Below are positions 37,101 to 47,812 of a stretch of DNA of 64,000 bases, piece by piece. This stretch comes from Antedon mediterranea (Eukaryota > Animalia > Echinodermata): the NCBI RefSeq assembly GCF_964355755.1, contig NC_092677.1, positions 27,887,175 through 27,951,174 of the forward strand, read 5' to 3'. A program made the position numbers and the translations under genes. The notes under the pieces were generated by a model. The model saw only the letters and a list, made by a program, of their open reading frames with translations. It did not search any database and had not been told where the DNA came from. The number at the start of each line of letters is the position of its first letter. The stretch's first letter is position 1.

Positions 37101-40100
37101 AAAGCTACAATCTATTCAACTCTGAATCGTTACTCTGATGCAACGATCAATCACTTCAACGTGCCCACTTTCAATACGCGTTTTAAGGCATTTCATTGAT
37201 GACGTCATCATTGGTCGAAATGACTTGTTTTGCTCATCATGGTCGTGTTCTTATAATTTAATAGTACTATTTTAAAATTTTAAATAAATTGTCGGAAATC
37301 ATGTTTATTTTTAGAGTAGAGTTCAAAATAAAAACCATTTAATTGGCTGTAATGAGGTGTTTACGCGCGCGTATAATTGTATTTATGTATTTAAAAATTA
37401 GCTTATTTACTCTTCTTGTAAAATTTGGGTTGTTGTTTGGTGGTTATTGAACTATTTTAAATTGGAAATTGACGAATATTTCTCTTTACTTACTACCAGA
37501 TTACAGCATTTTTTTTTGTTTAAAGGCTGTTTCTTGTAAAAAGACACAAACGAAAAATGTCAGAGAAAATCAAATGCCCGTTTTCAACCATTGTTATGAA
37601 TATTGTCGTTGTAAGCGCAACGCAACGAATTTGACCAATCACAAGCAATCGATTATAATGTCACTTTGTCATTGGTCAACTCGCTTGTTATGCGTTTACA
37701 TCTGCGTTACGTTCTAGTGGGAACCAAGCTTTAAGACGACGGATATGAATCGGATTTAATGTATTCAGAATTATACCTGGGCTTATATTTACGTGGAAAT
37801 AACGTTTCAGAACGCCCCCAACCTGTCCTCCGTCATTTTAATTTCTCTTTCTCCGGATTTAAAATGTCCGTTCCTGTTTATCCTTCGTGTGGGAGTTAAG
37901 ACAACTGTTCGTATTTTTAAGTATGTTCTTAAATTTGGACAATGTTCGTTAAGATGGATTTGTTGTCTAGTGGTTATTCAACTTATTTTTTGGGACTATG
38001 GATAATTTATTCTCTCACAAAGTAGACACTTAATGGTGCTTCAATGTGATGCTAAGTTTCAAACTGATAGTTTAATCTTTAAATGGGACAAATTGATAGT
38101 GTTGGTATGCACGAGAGATTGAAATACGATTACCTGATGAATCCGCTTTATACAATAATATTTAATATACTCTATAAATTTAATTAAACATAAAAACAAA
38201 TAATCTGTTCAATAATATAGACATTTGTATTAAAACGTGATAAAACTAAAATGTTCAATATGACTGAATTGGTCTACTAAAAGTAATTTATATTACTTAA
38301 TACAGTGAATCCACTATGTTATCGGTGGCGGCACGGATGATGACGTATTGGTTGAAGATTAAACCCGACGCTGCTTAGTACCCTCTCCTACTCAAAACCT
38401 TAACAAATGTACACGCGCGTCTAAAAGGCGATAGTGAGAGACGCGCGCCACTCGGCTACGATGTTGAGTATATAATCATTTCGCGCATGATCAGAGATAC
38501 TTTTTACTTGCGTAGTCGTGAGTGGATTCAACGAAAGCTGTTGTAAATTTGAGGACGGAGAAATTACTAAACTAATTCATTAATGATTAAATCACAAACA
38601 AATAGAAAAAAACAAGGAGATCGAAGACAAAATAGGAAAGATGTAGAGGTATGACAAAGATAAAGCAAGTCGAAATTATATTCTATTCATATCAACTAAC
38701 AGGAAAACTTTATTTGTTTTATCAAACAAATAAGGGACCTATTAAGCCAGGGAGTTGTAAAATATTATTATTTTACAACTCCCTGATTAAACTAAATACA
38801 TACCTGCATCTGCATGTTCAAAATGATATGCGCAATTCATATCTATCTGAGAAGCAACCATTTAATGTATATGACGTAATGATTCTCTTAAGATTTGAAC
38901 AGATTGATAGAGTCTGTCATTCCCAGATGAAGCGGCATAAATCACATAAAATGAAGTAGACGACAGAGAATGATAATAGATTGTAACAAAACTACGCTAA
39001 GAAACAATACCTTAAAACCACTAAAGTAAATTGATTTTCGATTAGATGCATAGACATTTCCTAAACGTATGTGACGACAAGGTAAAATATTCATATTTTG
39101 AAGACATTTTCAAGTCTGCAAAATCGTTTTAAACCATTCTTTTTTGGATACGAAATATTTGTATTAGACACTCAAATATTAATAAAAAAAATCCTACAGC
39201 ATTCAACATGAAATAATTGATGATTGAACAACTCTAAAATGTATATAGGAAATGGTTTTTTTTGTATCTATTATGTTGTGTTTATTGTTTTATGTTTTTA
39301 TGTAAAAGGGTCCTGCGAAAACAGAAGTGTAAACTTCTCTATGCAGGATCCTTGCCATCATTTATGCTATGAAACTATATTTATAAAGGATGAGTAAAAT
39401 AAATGTGAATGTGAGAATATCAACAGTTTTTAACTTAAATATAAGGTGGACGTAAATGAGGCATGGTAAAAAAGACAAAGAATGTAGAGAGCCTGATATA
39501 TTATGCATTGGTATAGTAACTGAATATTTAACGCGTTTATATAAGACCTGGTAAAAAGATGTATATTACTTAACCTAACCTATTATATTAGGCCTATTTT
39601 GATAGCAAACATCTTGATGCTGATTGGTAAATGGTCTTAAACAATATTTTGTTTTATAATTTTAATTTCAAACACGAATTATTTGGAACGTATTTATGAC
39701 CGTAAATCATAAATACATAATATATTACCTCTTTCACGTCGCCTAGCGAAACTCTGGAGTTTCCACACACCACCGGGAGTTCCAGAATTTTGCTAGGCGA
39801 CGTGAAAAAAAATGTTAAGGTTCTGTCTACATTATCAAACTTTATGTGCCAAAAAATATGATATATCCATACATAATTTCCCAATTCACATTTATTTACT
39901 CATCCTTTATAAATATAGTTTCATAGCATAAATGATGGCAAGGATCCTGCATAGAGAAGTTTACACTTCTGTTTTCACAAGACCCTTTTACATAAAAAAC
40001 ATAAAAGAATAAACACAACATAATAAATACAAACATGGAATTGATGATGTCGTATTACTACCATATTTAAACATATTACTACCATATTTGGGTATTTGTC

Positions 40101-41679
40101 AAACTACTTTGATAGTGAAGACAGAGCTTAAGAAATGAAATATCAACGGCTTAGTTTGATGAACCTACTGTTACCCTGTCAAATCGTTCTGTTCAACTTA
40201 CAGATGATTTAGTCATTATTTCATTACATTATTAACGAAATCAATAATAGTAATAATTAAATTACACTATGATCGCAATCAATAGGTAGGCTCCAAGTGG
40301 GATTGTAATGGAGACTTTCTTCCATTCCCTAATCAATACACTGCCACACCTGTTTTTCAAGACAGTCTTGTTTAGATTGCTTATGTGTTAATGACGTTTT
40401 ACTTGTTTTATCAAGCAGGACGTTCCAATCTTGATTAAGTCGTGTTTTCTTTTTCAATCTTAGCAGACCTTTCCGAGTTAGAAACTCAATCTTGATTATA
40501 AGTCGTGTTTTCTTTTTCAATCTTAGCAGACCTTTCCGAGTTAGAAACTCAATCTTGATTATAAGTCGTGTTTTCTTTTTCAATCTTAGCAGACCTTTCC
40601 GAGTTAGAAACTCAATCTTGATTATAAGTCGTGTTTTCTTTTTCAATCTTAGCAGACCTTTTCGAGTTAGAAACTCAACCCTGGTTGGGTCGACCCTTTG
40701 TTCACTCTGAGTTCAAATCTCGGTTGGACTATATCTAGAAAACTATACTGCATACTCTTCATGGTTGGACCGATTTGTTTCACTCGCTAGAACTTTTTTT
40801 CGAACGAGTTCAAAAATCGATTTGCACGCTTTTTGAGTTAATCTTAGCAGTTAGAATCTCGGTTTGCACACTTTTGGCAGAATTTCCATCGTTAATATAG
40901 GTTCGACCGATTTTTTTTAATTATAGCAGTTCGAATCTCGGTTGGTTGGGTTTTTTTATCTCCTGAAATTTTTTTCAATTTTTACTTTTTCTCATAGTAG
41001 TCATGAATCTTGTCTTTAAATGTCATATGAGCAGATTGTCACCTTTGGGGAAGTGACATTCTCTGATTTAACCATTTCTAATTGATAGGTCCTAATGCTG
41101 TATTATTTCCTCATTAGATGATCCACACTGGGCGGATCACGTTGTTAGTAACTGTCTGCTTACGCTGATTTTATGTACTATGCGTGCCTTTCAGAAAATA
41201 ATATCTCGTTATATTAATTTCGCGTTGTTGACATTTCTATCAACGAATTAATAAAGCCATGGGACAGCAGACACTTTTGAATGACACCCGCTAACAACAC
41301 CTTTCTTGCAATGTTTTCTTAGTGCTACATTTTAATAGATAAACATTTTACCGAGCTGTCTTGGTAAATTAAAAACACAAGTTGTTGATGTACTTAAGTA
41401 CTTAAAGCATTTAAGTTAATTAATAATGCTAAAGTTCTGGTAATTTTTAAGTGAAAGCTACACTGATTCCATCGAAAAAAAGAACTATTTTCAACATTGT
41501 ATACTTAATCCAATTAAACATTGTCATTGGACTTCGTCCAGGAAATTTTAAACTTACTTAATAACATCAACAATAATTTCAGAATAAAAAAAGATTTAAG
41601 AACAAAACTTACCTATATGTGTTAGCAGCAAACTAAGAACCAAGACAAGTCCTAATTTGGTTGGTGATATTACAAGCAT
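25043..41679 (-). CDS. Secreted cysteine-rich peptide precursor (neuropeptide/hormone/defence-peptide-like), 114 aa, family unassigned
   Basis: Exons 41613-41679, 28750-28842, 27906-27946, 27281-27343, 25043-25123 join in phase (1,1,0,0) to MLVISPTKLGLVLVLSLLLTHIESA-QLACSRCNSRACVCRCLNRIASLDPTMLPNFC-RKR-SFPESVQGHLEQEPTQTESSSDLSRCKKLMSLMQILLTSSAKERRILLNTCTDY*. TATA box upstream of exon 1. Confidence 0.72.
26040..26181. mobile_element. MITE family B copy
   Basis: aagcttggttcccactagtgacgcaatgcaaggacg... Confidence 0.7.
27281..27343 (-). CDS. Peptide precursor exon 4
   Basis: Acceptor ctttttag|GGT; GHLEQEPTQTESSSDLSRCKK; donor AAG|gcaagt (GC-AG). Confidence 0.6.
27535..27765. repeat. Degenerate (CAT)n microsatellite
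   Basis: catcat/cgtcat triplets in intron 3 of the peptide gene. Confidence 0.9.
27906..27946 (-). CDS. Peptide precursor exon 3 (contains RKR cleavage site)
   Basis: Acceptor tttcttttttttag|CA, donor CAG|gtaaag; (P)NFCRKRSFPESVQ. Confidence 0.72.
28104..28269. mobile_element. MITE family A copy, next to a family B copy (28293-28468)
   Basis: aagctctgtttacacc...gtgtagacagagcttta. Confidence 0.75.
28750..28842 (-). CDS. Peptide precursor exon 2 (Cys-rich mature peptide)
   Basis: Acceptor ttcttccttttttag|AA, donor TAC|gtaagt; (E)SAQLACSRCNSRACVCRCLNRIASLDPTML. Confidence 0.75.
28990..29122. mobile_element. MITE family B copy
   Basis: aagcgtggttcccattag...ctagtggaaaccaagcttta. Confidence 0.75.
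32624..32874. repeat. Family A MITE whose inverted repeat extends ~56 bp into flanking DNA
   Basis: attgttttttactgtcaccggtgatgcgttcaatattttttttcaaacatctcgaaatctgtctacacta and its near-exact reverse complement (one T-run differs by a base) at ~32807-32874. Confidence 0.85.
36451..36570. mobile_element. MITE family B fragment, preceded by a ~50-bp direct repeat (36328-36438)
   Basis: gcgtggttcccactaggacgcaacgcaagg...; upstream aagtaggccta.gcaaaagaaag.cataaaccacacgagggcaag x2. Confidence 0.6.
37612..37733. mobile_element. MITE family B copy (left end lost)
   Basis: ...ctagtgggaaccaagctttaa. Confidence 0.65.
39261..40131. repeat. ~150-bp inverted repeat pair (39261-39410 / 39884-40033); second copy interrupts a family A MITE (39818-40131)
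   Basis: Near-identical reverse complements including gggtcctgcgaaaacagaagtgtaaacttctctatgcaggatcct and an aataaa tail, resembling a retroposon 3' end. Confidence 0.8.
39732..39807. repeat. 76-bp hairpin / mini-MITE
   Basis: tttcacgtcgcctagcgaaactctgga ... tccagaattttgctaggcgacgtgaaa. Confidence 0.75.
40426..40679. repeat. 63-bp minisatellite x4, probably inside a Helentron-like remnant ending ~41070
   Basis: Unit caatcttgattataagtcgtgttttctttttcaatcttagcagacctttccgagttagaaact; downstream hairpin tgtcac...gtgaca (~41037-41059). Confidence 0.85.
41613..41679 (-). CDS. Peptide precursor exon 1 (signal peptide)
   Basis: acaataATG CTT GTA...CAT ATA G|gtaagt; MLVISPTKLGLVLVLSLLLTHI, one basic residue then a hydrophobic core. 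Confidence 0.75.
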
Positions 41680-41784
41680 TATTGTTGTATTGTTCAACAA
41701 CACTACACTGAGCCGCCGCGAACCTTAATCACAACTATGGTATCTCTGCTTTATTTCTCAAGTAACTATCAAATGCAGTTCCAC

Positions 41785-41965
41785 CCTATAACTCCGCCGC
41801 CGCATCCCTGCTTTAAATATAAATGTTTTATTCTACATCAAATAGTAGTTTAGCCCAGGGGGCGTGCTTTAGTGATTCCAGCTGAAATGCAACGAACCAA
41901 CCAGTGTCGCCCTTTCTTGCATAATGGGTGTGTTTACTTGGTTTTAGTAACCATGGTAATGTCAC
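41785..41965 (-). promoter_or_regulatory. Core promoter of the peptide gene
   Basis: TATTTAAA (41812-41819, minus) ~25-30 nt before an Inr-like AGTT (~41790) in a GC-rich patch; X-box-like GTAACCATGGTAAT at 41947-41960. Confidence 0.55.
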
Positions 41966-42088
41966 AAGTCAATCATGTATGGGTTTGCGTAAGTAAAGAT
42001 ATAAAGATAAGTGTAAATTATTGGAGAGAAAAAGCAATACATCTTCGATACCTTATTTAAATGTTTATATGTAGGTCTGCGCCTAATA

Positions 42089-42247
42089 AGTTGGTTTTCC
42101 CTAGGACGCAACGTAAGGATCTAAGCGCAACTTGATTTGACCAATCACGGCTCGATGGAACGTCTGAACTATCACTTGTAATTGGTCAACGAATTTGCAC
42201 TGCGCGTACGCTATTAGATTATTGTGTTCAAGTGGAAACCAAGGTTT
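42089..42247. mobile_element. MITE family B copy
   Basis: aagttggttttccctaggacgcaacg...agtggaaaccaaggttta. Confidence 0.65.
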
Positions 42248-43243
42248 AGTGTGCCTAGATTTGTTTTGTATTAAGAGCACGAAACACATTAATATTTCTA
42301 ATTAAATTTAATTTCAAATGTCATTTATGTATTTTATTATATTGCATATATATGTTTACCTAAGTGGATGACTAACTCAAAATCCTTTCATTGACCAACA
42401 ACGTATCTTTATTTTTCAGCTGAAATTTGCATTTTTATGATGGTTAAATTGTCACAATGGATATGGGAGCTTTACTTTGGTACAGTCATTGCTCACACAC
42501 GGTCACTCACGTTTTCCAAGAAAATTAATTAATATTCTGCCATTTTAAAATTTCTTATAAATGTTGACACCGTATGAACCAGGAAAAATAATTCGAATTT
42601 TTTTAATGACGTAACTACGTCGTCAAATCATTGCATCATTTTTCTGCGATGATTTCCAGAGATACATCTGGATGCTATTGAATATGCGCGTTCATTTCTT
42701 GATATAGACAGTTTAATAATATCAATAACAATAACTTACCTTTTTCCAAATTGAATAATATATTTGACTGATGACGTAATAGAGTCTACACTTCATAACT
42801 TCGCTATACACGATACGACGCAAAATGGCGACGAACTCGTGTCTTTGAGATTTGCCGACCGCTCTAAATCTTGATGATTTAAAAAAATACTGAAAATGAA
42901 AACTTTCAGCAGAATTTCAGGTTTTAATACATACTATTGACGTAGACATTTTTGTTTTTTACCAACAAATGAATGCATATTGATTGTTTTATCTGGAGAG
43001 GAAATCAGAAATATAAAATATATTGGTGCAGTAACTTGATAACCTATTTTAATACAAACCACAAACAAACTGTTGGATGCGTGGTTACGTAGACAGTGTA
43101 ATGAAAACAACATAACATGTTCTTGTGTGTACGTCATAATATCAAACACAGTAAATGTTTCAAGAAATGTAATGAAATGAAGAAAAGAACATTTTTATGG
43201 TCACATATTGAAACATTCATATTTAAAAACATAATGGTTGTAA

Positions 43244-43505
43244 AAAGCTGGTTACCTACGACGACGTGATGGATCATCGTCAACACTCCGTCGCTTGTGA
43301 TTGGTAAACTCACTTTGCGCTACGCGTAATGCGTGTAAAGTTGGTTAGCTACGACGACGCGATGGATCATCACTATGTCGCTTGTGATTGGTAAACTCCC
43401 TTTCCGCTACGCGTGATGCGTGTAAAGTTGGTTAACTACAACGCGATGGATCATCATCATTGTCGCTTGTGATTGGTAAACTCACTTTGCGTCGCGTTGC
43501 GCGCA
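43244..43505. repeat. Three tandem ~90-bp units derived from MITE family B
   Basis: aaagttggttagctacgacgacgcgatggatcatc...gtcgcttgtgattggtaaactc repeated three times. Confidence 0.7.
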
Positions 43506-44954
43506 AACATGACATGGCTACATTAAACAATCATATTATAAGAACCGCCGCCGTCTGTTTAAAAACCTTCCCCATTCCTCCCGCATAAAGCGCATGGATA
43601 TCAATTCTTTTGACTTTTAATATATGTAATAATCTATTTATAGATGTCTACAGTATATGGGTTGCTTATAGATTAAAAAGAAATGCTTCTTCTCAGTTAC
43701 TTTTGACATTTGATGTATCATAACTCGTCTCTAAATTGATACCCTAAGAAAAAAATAATAACAAATTGAAAAATTAGCGTCGATATTTTTTCAAAGAAGA
43801 TATTTAACGTACTGTATATATTTTGATGAATGTTAATAAACGGAAATGGACATATATTTCTTAAAGACAAATCAATAAAACCCTGTTTTAATGTTTTCAT
43901 TCCATAGCTTGTGAATGGTCCGATATAATTGTCGATTCTGTACCGTGACTAAGACGGCACTCATCCCTTCCCCAATTATCTCAAATTGACTCATATAATT
44001 GTTGTCAATAAATGATAATTGCTGATAATGTTTTAAAGTGCCAATCAATCACTATTAACAAATGTTAAAATTTACATATAAATTATTATATTTGAAGGTC
44101 TTTTCACCATCATAACATGTTTACAAAATTATTCAATAAAGTCATTTTGCACAATTAACAGCAAGGAATAACAGTCGGTGTTAACATTCACACTAGGACA
44201 CAATGTACGCCAACGCTAGTGACTTGTCCAATCACGAGCGAACGTTCATCGCGCGTCGTGATTGTTGGTTAAATTACAAGCGTTGCGCGTACATCCTTGC
44301 GTTTTGCCATAGTGATGGGAAACATGCTTAAGATCGGTTCCCACTATGAATGTCAACGCCTAATTTATTTCTGTTAATATAAAATATTAATATAAAAAAA
44401 AATGATAATGTAATAATAATATGCACGTTTTACACGGTATTGGATATATACGCTTTGTTCAAAACTACTAAATGTAATTTTAATATCATAATAATCAATA
44501 CGTTGCGTATTGTTCTTAAAATCTATATGAACTTAATATTAGTCTTGTGAAGAACAGTAGCAATATTGAGATAATAAATTGAGCGTAATGGCCTAGTGCT
44601 TTTTAAATTGGCAACAAGAAAACGTCACGGACGTAAAGCAAAACAAAAGGATCGCCAGCAGGGTGTGTTATGATAACAACCATTCGGCAATTACTTCTGC
44701 CATTAATGGCTAATATTACCTCATTGTCATCTCAACCTCTTGCTTATTTTACGAATCAACTTGTGATGCTAACAATACAAAGGTTGTAAATACAAATAGA
44801 CTTAAGTCTCAATTAAACGTCGATACATTTTCTTAAGATCAAACTTAATGAGGCTAAACCATTCTTGTAGACCATTTAATATTGAAAACCTATTACATAA
44901 CGTCAAATCAAAATAACAATAGACAATAGTGAACATGAACAAAAAAATTAGCTT

Positions 44955-45098
44955 AAGTGTGGTTCCTACTAGCGACGCAACGCAAGCGAGTTGACCAATC
45001 ACACGCGAATGTTCGAATAATCCATCGTTTGTGATTGGTCAAATCACTTTGCGTTGCGTTACGTCCTTGCCCTGCGTCCTAATGGGAACCAAGCTTTA
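44955..45098. mobile_element. MITE family B copy
   Basis: aagtgtggttcctactagcgacgcaacgcaag...aatgggaaccaagcttta. Confidence 0.75.
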
Positions 45099-46086
45099 TT
45101 GTCAAACCAAAGGTCTCACCAAAATGTGACACCCGGTTCTCACGACAAATACGCGCGCGTCTCATCTTATCCGGCGGGGTGTGGCCAACATATTAATTAG
45201 TTTTTTATATCGCCCTACAACGAATCCTGGCTGGTATAGACCTAACCCATATCTGCCTCCTAACCACTGACATACAAGTTTACTTTTTAATCATAGTAAT
45301 GTGCTCACGTGCTATGAGGCGTTATTTTCCACATAATACTCTAAACATGCGGCTAATTTAAACAGCTTTTGTTACATATTTCACATTATATGAAGCGCCT
45401 ATTACTAATTGTTAATAGCTTCTATCCAAAGCCCTAACAAGAAAGTTATTTTTACAAACGTTATAACGTCTTATATGTCTAGCCTGCGGAAATATACTAA
45501 TCTGCAATTATTGTACAATTTGGCTAATTTGTGATCACTAATCCTTAATTATTATATGAGTTTGTTAAATTGTCAGGCTCACATTGCTTTTGATATCACA
45601 TATTTTGTCAATAAAACGGTTTCGTAATTAGACCTTTAGGCCTTTTAGGTAAACTCGAAACCTGATACGTGTATGATCAATATTGAGTTTAAAATGTAAC
45701 CAATATCCATACATTGTTAGGCTTATCTATTTATATTAGATGCAATATTATACTAATACAGCAGCAAGGATCGATCGATTACCCAATCCTTCTGTGAGAC
45801 CAATTTCATACATTTATTGCAGCTCAAAAGAAACGCACGTGTTAACAGAACAGCCGCGCGGGTATCCGTTTTTTTAAGATAGACGCATGCGTACCTGCTG
45901 TATAAGCTGACGCTTTCGATTCGCGGGAAAAAAAAACGCCTACAGGAAAATCGGCATAATTTACGACCACCACCAAAGACAACACCACACGTCAACAATA
46001 ATGACGATGTTGACAAATCAAATTTATTAGTATTAAAAGTAAAGAAGGCAACCTCCAACAGCAAATGTTTGTTTTATAGAAAATTA

Positions 46087-46092
46087 TTTATT
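46087..46092 (-). terminator. Candidate distal polyadenylation signal of MEGF8
   Basis: AATAAA on the minus strand; a proximal candidate at 47100-47105. Confidence 0.35.
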
Positions 46093-47536
46093 TGATAAAA
46101 AATACAAATACGTCAATAGTGTACAAATATGTACAATTAGCATTATTTAGCATTATTATTATACAATACAATTTACGTTCCTTATTTATGGTATTATTTA
46201 TATGGATAGATTAATATATAAATCAAAGATTAAATATATATTTTTTGGATACAGTTATTTGTACATCACGAGTGAATAAATTACTAAATTGTCATTGATT
46301 GGCTTTTAATTAAGATTCGTTAGTCCAACCTAAACGCCGGGTTGAATCTACCAGTACACAAAACACGCCTAATACGCGAATACTGCTGTCTGTAAAGTCT
46401 GGTGTTAAACGAAAGAAATGAGACAGAGAGACAACCATGTAAGTTACGATAAGTACAAGTGTTTAATGGCAAAACAACACGTCCTTTATATACAGTAATA
46501 CCTAGCACGCCACCACTCAGGTGTGTATGCAAATTGGGGTCTAGCGCCACCATATTACACTGTCGGCATAAATAATGCCAAAAATAATAAAAACCAAACA
46601 AATCAAGGACAGTAGTTAGATTTCTATATATTGCGCAATTAACGAATCAAGGCAAATGGGCAAACAGCACACAATCACAAAAATGTTAAAACATTTATGG
46701 TTTGAGAAAAAAAAATGTAAAACATTTCAACGTAAACTCATAAACAACTCAAATGCATAGAATTTAATTTAAAAAAACATTCAAAAACGAAAATAAAACA
46801 TGGAAAACCAGCGAAACGTTTAAAAACAAAGGTGTACGACATCGGCGGTATTAAACGGCAACACTGGGTGGAATGTAGGTGCAATATGGATCGCATTATA
46901 CAAAAATATTATTCATTGCATGTCATGTTCATATTTACATATCAACATCAGTTTTTATTTTTTTCTTAAAAACGAAATTTGAATCGATTACCGTATCGAA
47001 ACCGAAACAGAAAAGCATTTATTTAACGCAATAACAAATCATATTAATGTTGTTAATGTTCATCAGCACAAATAACGTATATACATATAATACACAAGGT
47101 TTATTGAAGTCAACACTTTGGACACCATTCCTTTTGGCTGGCTCAAAATGTTTCTTGCCAATTTAAACAGAATATGTAAAACAAAGTTCTTGTTTTACAA
47201 AAACACTAATTGGATAAATTACAATATAAAAGTGGATGGAATGAAATGTGTGATGGCAATAAATTAATGTCAATATGTTTTGTCATTTTGTCACATATTA
47301 ATGACTTCCCGTCCATTCTTGGCGCCACCTCTGAAATAAGACTATTAATCAACATTGGGAAATGATTATATAAATAGGTCTTAAATTTATTAGATTTATT
47401 CAAATTTGGAATGTCTATATAAATGGGCCTATCAATTATTGAGACATAGAAAATGTATTATACTACATCAAGGTGGTGTAAAACGAGACTCCTCCTCTTA
47501 CTTCTATTTATAGCAAGCTTTGCATAAATGTTGTAG

Positions 47537-47812
47537 TTATGTCTGCCAAACCTGTCTAGGCATCTGCCTTGTGTGGCAGCGTCTAGATTCTTCTGGCACA
47601 ATCACTTTCTGATTCACAGATTGTATCTGTGGTACTGGAATCTCTTTTGTATGGTATGATGAGGTGTACTGCTTAACTGTTAACAGTGCTGATCCTAGAC
47701 ATGCTCTAGACGGGATATCAACACCAGGGAGTGTGATAATCAATGTACCAATGTTAGCCATACCGTCATCCACCATCTCAGATGTCATCACTCCTGGATG
47801 GAAATTATACTC
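47537..47812 (-). CDS. MEGF8: MEGF8 last exon (cytoplasmic tail)
   Basis: ctacag|GAG; EYNFHPG...LPG...ACLGSAL...WQT*. Confidence 0.85.
   Translation of the reverse strand, partial: EYNFHPGVMTSEMVDDGMANIGTLIITLPGVDIPSRACLGSALLTVKQYTSSYHTKEIPVPQIQSVNQKVIVPEESRRCHTRQMPRQVWQT

Noticed and set aside
40329-40710. Repetitive ORFs on both strands; regular 63-bp period reminiscent of a CRISPR array
   Set aside because: Units are identical with no unique spacers and there are no cas genes; this is a eukaryotic minisatellite.
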